Origin: an uncultured Pseudomonadota bacterium
GTDB lineage: Bacteria > Oederibacteriota > Muellerivitia > Muellerivitales > Muellerivitaceae
Direction of reading: 5' to 3'
Assembly (NCBI GenBank): GCA_963836235.1
Contig: CAWIIP010000004.1
Span: forward strand, 224,001-288,000
Length of the DNA stretch: 64,000 nt
In this document: positions 60,477-64,000 of the stretch, piece by piece
Position numbering within the stretch: position 1 is the first letter of the stretch
How the letters are laid out: every line of letters starts with the position of its first letter
The notes under the pieces: model-generated
Database searches by the model: none
What the model saw: the letters and a program-made list of their open reading frames with translations, nothing else
What the model was told of the DNA's origin: nothing
Made by a program: the position numbers and the translations under genes

Positions 60477-61448
60477 TTAATTTCCCCAGCCCGTATGTTC
60501 CTCGAACTTCTGCTGGGAGATTAAATAAGCGATGATGGAATTCATTTGATCGAGGTCCAGGTTATCCCTCCAACTGGGCATGAAGAGCGGAGGTTCGGGC
60601 CCGTTGGGATCGGCTTTCAAGGGAGGGCTTCCGCCTTGGATGGTCTTTACGACTGATTTATAACTGGCTATTACGAGAGTGGGGTCGGATATACCTTCCG
60701 CGGTTTTAATCTGGTCTGGGTCCTGGTTTTTCTCCAACACTTTCGTGAAGGCCTCCACTTCATCCTTGTTTTGAAGATTTATTTTCGAGGCCAGGGTGTT
60801 CAAGGCCGGGACCGTGCCCCGGGCATAGTTGAAATTGGGGACCCCGCCTGCCCCTTCCACTCCGTGGCAGGTGACGCAACCACGGGTTTGAAAGAGGAAA
60901 TGGCCCTTTTGGGTGATGTCCACGAAAGAAGGCAGGGGGGAGGTCATGGACCCCATCATGCAAAGGGGCTCGTTAATAATGGGGGCGGTTTTGGTGTCGA
61001 TGTCCTTCCCGACGGCCACCAAGCCTCTCATATTCAGCATGTGGAAATGGCAGTCTCCGCAAACGGCGGTGCAGTAATAGGGATAAACCCCCTCGTTTTT
61101 CGCCTGGAAGTTCACCACTTCGGTATGACCGGGAATCAACTCGATGGGGCCGATCCCCATTTCGGGCATATAAAAGCGGTGGACGACGTCGGCGCTGCGA
61201 AGGATAAGGTGGACTTGCTCGCCCGCCTTGAGCCGGATTTCGGCGGGTTTGAAATCACCCATCCAATAGTTGAATCCCGTGACATCATCCTCGGTCCAAA
61301 TGCCTTTCGTCGCGATTCCGGTTAATACGATGGTCTTGGCGTTTTTTTGGCTCTCCATCCTTTGTTTTTGATAACCAAAGGGGATGGCGAAGGCGCCCAC
61401 CACGGCTGCCACGGCAAGGACGCTGGAGATTATTTCCCTGATTTTCAT
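60477..61448 (-). CDS. CuA-type cupredoxin-cytochrome c fusion
   Basis: DVVHRF..CTAVCGDCH (CuA-like), CVTCHG heme, MP.W axial Met. Confidence 0.85.
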   Translation of the reverse strand: MKIREIISSVLAVAAVVGAFAIPFGYQKQRMESQKNAKTIVLTGIATKGIWTEDDVTGFNYWMGDFKPAEIRLKAGEQVHLILRSADVVHRFYMPEMGIGPIELIPGHTEVVNFQAKNEGVYPYYCTAVCGDCHFHMLNMRGLVAVGKDIDTKTAPIINEPLCMMGSMTSPLPSFVDITQKGHFLFQTRGCVTCHGVEGAGGVPNFNYARGTVPALNTLASKINLQNKDEVEAFTKVLEKNQDPDQIKTAEGISDPTLVIASYKSVVKTIQGGSPPLKADPNGPEPPLFMPSWRDNLDLDQMNSIIAYLISQQKFEEHTGWGN

Positions 61449-61463
61449 TACGATCCTCCTGGT

Positions 61464-62984
61464 TCAGTTCACGTAAAGTTGGATGAATAACAAAACAATG
61501 GCGGTGTAGAAAATGGCCATGGGGGCGGCGAACCGCACCTTGGCTTTGGCGTCCTCATAAACCTTACCGGCTTGTTTGAAGGTGGATTTCAAGGTCAAAA
61601 TCAGTCCCAAGGCCATGATGGCCACCTGAATCGTGGGCATCAATTGGGGAACGATGGGGGACCAGGGAGTATGGGCCGTGTGGAAAAGATCCCAACCCCA
61701 GCCAAAGGGATCGGACATGGTGACCAGGATATAGCTGCCGTTGATGAAGATGAGCGGCAGGCTGAAGGCGATCCAGGCCAAGAGTCCCAGGGGCACCAGG
61801 GGATAGGCCATGAGAAGGAAGGATTCCTTCCAGGGCTTGGGAGGAGCCCCCGCCACCCGGCGGGCCAACCAATGGAAAGCCGAAAAGATGGTGGGGATGA
61901 TCACCATGGGAAGGGCCCATAAGCAAAGGGCATAGCCGATGAAATAGGGAAGGCCCTTGCCGCTTTCGGTGAAATTGGCCACGTCCTTGAAGAATCCCCA
62001 GGGGCCCAGGTAAATGACGCTGTAAGCCAGGGCCAGGGCCAGCATGATGAAGGCCTTCCAGGCTTCGTCGTAGCCTTTCAGTTTGGTGTCGGTGGCGAAG
62101 GGGCGCAGACGCACCGTCATGTTGTCGTGGGGACAAGACTTGATGCATTCCATGCACATGCCGCAGTAGTTGTTTCGCTCCATTTTGCTGGGGAAGTTGA
62201 ACCAGGGGCAGCCCCAGCCCCGCTCGCTGCCCACCAGACAGCTCTTGTCATGGCATTTCAGGCAAACATCCGCGTCCTTGGACCGGACCTCGACCGTTGA
62301 GGTCATGGCATAGAGGCTTAGAAAACCCGAGACCGGACAGACGTAATTGCAAAAGGCCCTCTGCCGGAAGACCACGTGCAGGATGGTGGCGACCACGATG
62401 AGGGTGCCCAATACCACCACGCTGACGATGGGCCGGGTGAGGTAAAAGGCGCTGAAGGTGCAAAGAAGCAGGAAGCTGATGTTTTGCATCCAGATGTTGG
62501 AAAGGGCTTTGGGCCAGCGCAGGTTCCAGCCGAAATAACGGTTGATGCCCACCTTGGTGCCTCGGGCGCCAGGGGTGGCCATCTTAGGGGTGGTGAGTGA
62601 CCCCCGTTGAATCCATTCCCCGAAAAAAGGAAAGGGACAGACGGTGCACCATATGCGCGAAAGGAAAGGGACCAGCGCGCTGATGAGAAGGAACCACCAG
62701 AAGATCCACACGAAAACGATGAGGATATTCCGGTTGCCGACAGGCGTGCCCCAAATCCCCGCCGCCAAAAAGACGAGGAACAAAAACAGGTTGGGCAGGA
62801 TGAGGGCGAATTGGAACCAACGTTGTTTGACCAGCCACTTGAGCGGGGGAAAGGCTTTTAACAGGTCAAATCGCCAGCCCTCCGGGGGGGGTGGAGGAGT
62901 TAAAGGCGTTGGAAGGGATCGGGAGACCTGAACAGGATTTGGGACCGGCTGGGAAATTGGATTGGGATTTATCGCTTCGCTCAT
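61464..62984 (-). CDS. NapH/MauN/NosR-like polyferredoxin membrane protein
   Basis: RIWCTVCP, FCNYVCP, CLKC...C, CGMCMECIKSCP; about 10 TM helices. Confidence 0.85.
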   Translation of the reverse strand: MSEAINPNPISQPVPNPVQVSRSLPTPLTPPPPPEGWRFDLLKAFPPLKWLVKQRWFQFALILPNLFLFLVFLAAGIWGTPVGNRNILIVFVWIFWWFLLISALVPFLSRIWCTVCPFPFFGEWIQRGSLTTPKMATPGARGTKVGINRYFGWNLRWPKALSNIWMQNISFLLLCTFSAFYLTRPIVSVVVLGTLIVVATILHVVFRQRAFCNYVCPVSGFLSLYAMTSTVEVRSKDADVCLKCHDKSCLVGSERGWGCPWFNFPSKMERNNYCGMCMECIKSCPHDNMTVRLRPFATDTKLKGYDEAWKAFIMLALALAYSVIYLGPWGFFKDVANFTESGKGLPYFIGYALCLWALPMVIIPTIFSAFHWLARRVAGAPPKPWKESFLLMAYPLVPLGLLAWIAFSLPLIFINGSYILVTMSDPFGWGWDLFHTAHTPWSPIVPQLMPTIQVAIMALGLILTLKSTFKQAGKVYEDAKAKVRFAAPMAIFYTAIVLLFIQLYVN

Positions 62985-62994
62985 GTTCTCTCTC

Positions 62995-63462
62995 CTACTT
63001 TATTTTCTTTTCCAACCAAGAAGCGTGATCGCCTTCCAAAGCGGCTAGATCCTTGAAAAGAGAGGCCAGTTCCTTGTCGTTCACGGTTTTCATCGCCTTT
63101 TCGTAAAAACTCTTCGCTCTTTTTTCCGCCTCGTAAGCCAACTGGTAAACCTGTTTGGCTTTCAAACTATCGAAAATCAGGTGCTCGGAGTCGTCCATGT
63201 CAAAGGCCTCAACCACTTCTTCCACGTCGAAATTATCGACCTCGGGAACGGGGCCCTTGAACAGCTTCTGGAATTTGGACTGGAGGAGTTCCTCGTGGCT
63301 GCTTTCTTCCTGCGACATTTCCTCGAAGTTCCGGGAAACCTCATCGTCATAACCGTCGAACATCTCCGAGAAGTTGTGCAAGGCTTTTTGGTTGGACCTT
63401 TCGATGGAGATGGCCAGGGCCAACACTTCCTTCGGGGAAAGGTCCTGTAGTTTCCTTTTCAT
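62995..63462 (-). CDS. ferritin/rubrerythrin-like protein
   Basis: ALAISIE, EESSH, AYEAE..A..FY, LEGDH. Confidence 0.85.
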   Translation of the reverse strand: MKRKLQDLSPKEVLALAISIERSNQKALHNFSEMFDGYDDEVSRNFEEMSQEESSHEELLQSKFQKLFKGPVPEVDNFDVEEVVEAFDMDDSEHLIFDSLKAKQVYQLAYEAEKRAKSFYEKAMKTVNDKELASLFKDLAALEGDHASWLEKKIK

Positions 63463-63992
63463 GGTTGGGCTCCTTGCGGAATTTGGGGCTTGGCGGAAGG
63501 CCAAACCAGGATGAACCCGGCCAACAGCAGACCCGTCATGAGCCCCAGGGCCTGGCCGAAGAGGGAATTGGGTTCCACCAGCATCACGCCCATCATGAAA
63601 GGATGCATATAGCCGCAGGTCATGGAACAGCGGTACCGGAACTTCCCACGCTTGTCGGCGGTAAAGACGATCTCGTCCGCGGGGGCAAAGGCCCAGGCTT
63701 GGGAAGGGTGACGCAATTGGATTCCGGATTTTCCGGCTTCCGCGATGGCGTCAATATCGTAACCCTCCATGTAAAAGCCGTGGGTCACGTCCCTGGAGGA
63801 AAATTTAATGTGAACCTCATCCCCCTGGTTGACCTTGATGATCGATGGATCGTAGGCGTACTTGTGGGCCAGGATGTTGAAATCACGCCTTTGGGGCTTG
63901 GGGGCTTCCGGGGTGGTGAAGGCTGGCAGGACGAATCCCGCCGCCACGACCAGCACCGCCAAAGTCCATTTACCGTTGTTTCTTGAAGCCAT
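63459..63992 (-). CDS. CuA cupredoxin (CoxB/NosZ-C-like) with two TM helices
   Basis: DVTHGF..CSMTCGYMHPFM. Confidence 0.85.
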   Translation of the reverse strand: MASRNNGKWTLAVLVVAAGFVLPAFTTPEAPKPQRRDFNILAHKYAYDPSIIKVNQGDEVHIKFSSRDVTHGFYMEGYDIDAIAEAGKSGIQLRHPSQAWAFAPADEIVFTADKRGKFRYRCSMTCGYMHPFMMGVMLVEPNSLFGQALGLMTGLLLAGFILVWPSAKPQIPQGAQP

Positions 63993-64000
63993 TTTTTCTC

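Overview
Bacterial chromosome segment from a diderm (outer-membrane proteins are present; the lineage cannot be assigned from sequence alone). It has four blocks. (1) 1-21961 is the right part of an integrative element ending at a 3' tRNA-Thr(TGT) fragment (att). It carries an AT-rich defence cargo (NDT-like fragment, HNH+DGQH nuclease, type IIG-like R-M) and one long co-directional operon: lipoproteins, an OM beta-barrel, a minimal VirB2/3/4/6/8-type T4SS with no VirB9/10/11, VirD4 or relaxase in view, a chimeric duplication-born ORF, a TPR-diguanylate cyclase, SpoVG, Xis and a tyrosine integrase. (2) 22164-52985 is a ~31 kb hypoxia/dormancy-like regulon. Twelve copies of a TRTGAY-N4-RTCATR palindrome are present, most at a fixed distance from -10 hexamers, in front of adh, ppsA, DUF883/DUF2934 genes, SDR, ric, an N-type ATPase operon, macB, PRTases, a radical SAM and an NMO. 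One box precedes a ~410-nt structured non-coding transcript with two tandem covarying domains. The block encodes its own PAS kinase, NtrC-like activator, sigma54 promoter and Crp/Fnr regulator. (3) 53000-59000 is a plastic region with 23-bp palindromes, stacked and partly deleted TA modules, short direct duplications and a membrane-anchored ParB-like protein. (4) 59020-63992 is a Cyc2 (cytochrome-porin) gene clustered with CuA/cytochrome c, NapH-like polyferredoxin and ferritin-like genes. Four +1 frameshifts in homopolymers are probably sequencing errors. All family calls come from motif recognition, not database searches.
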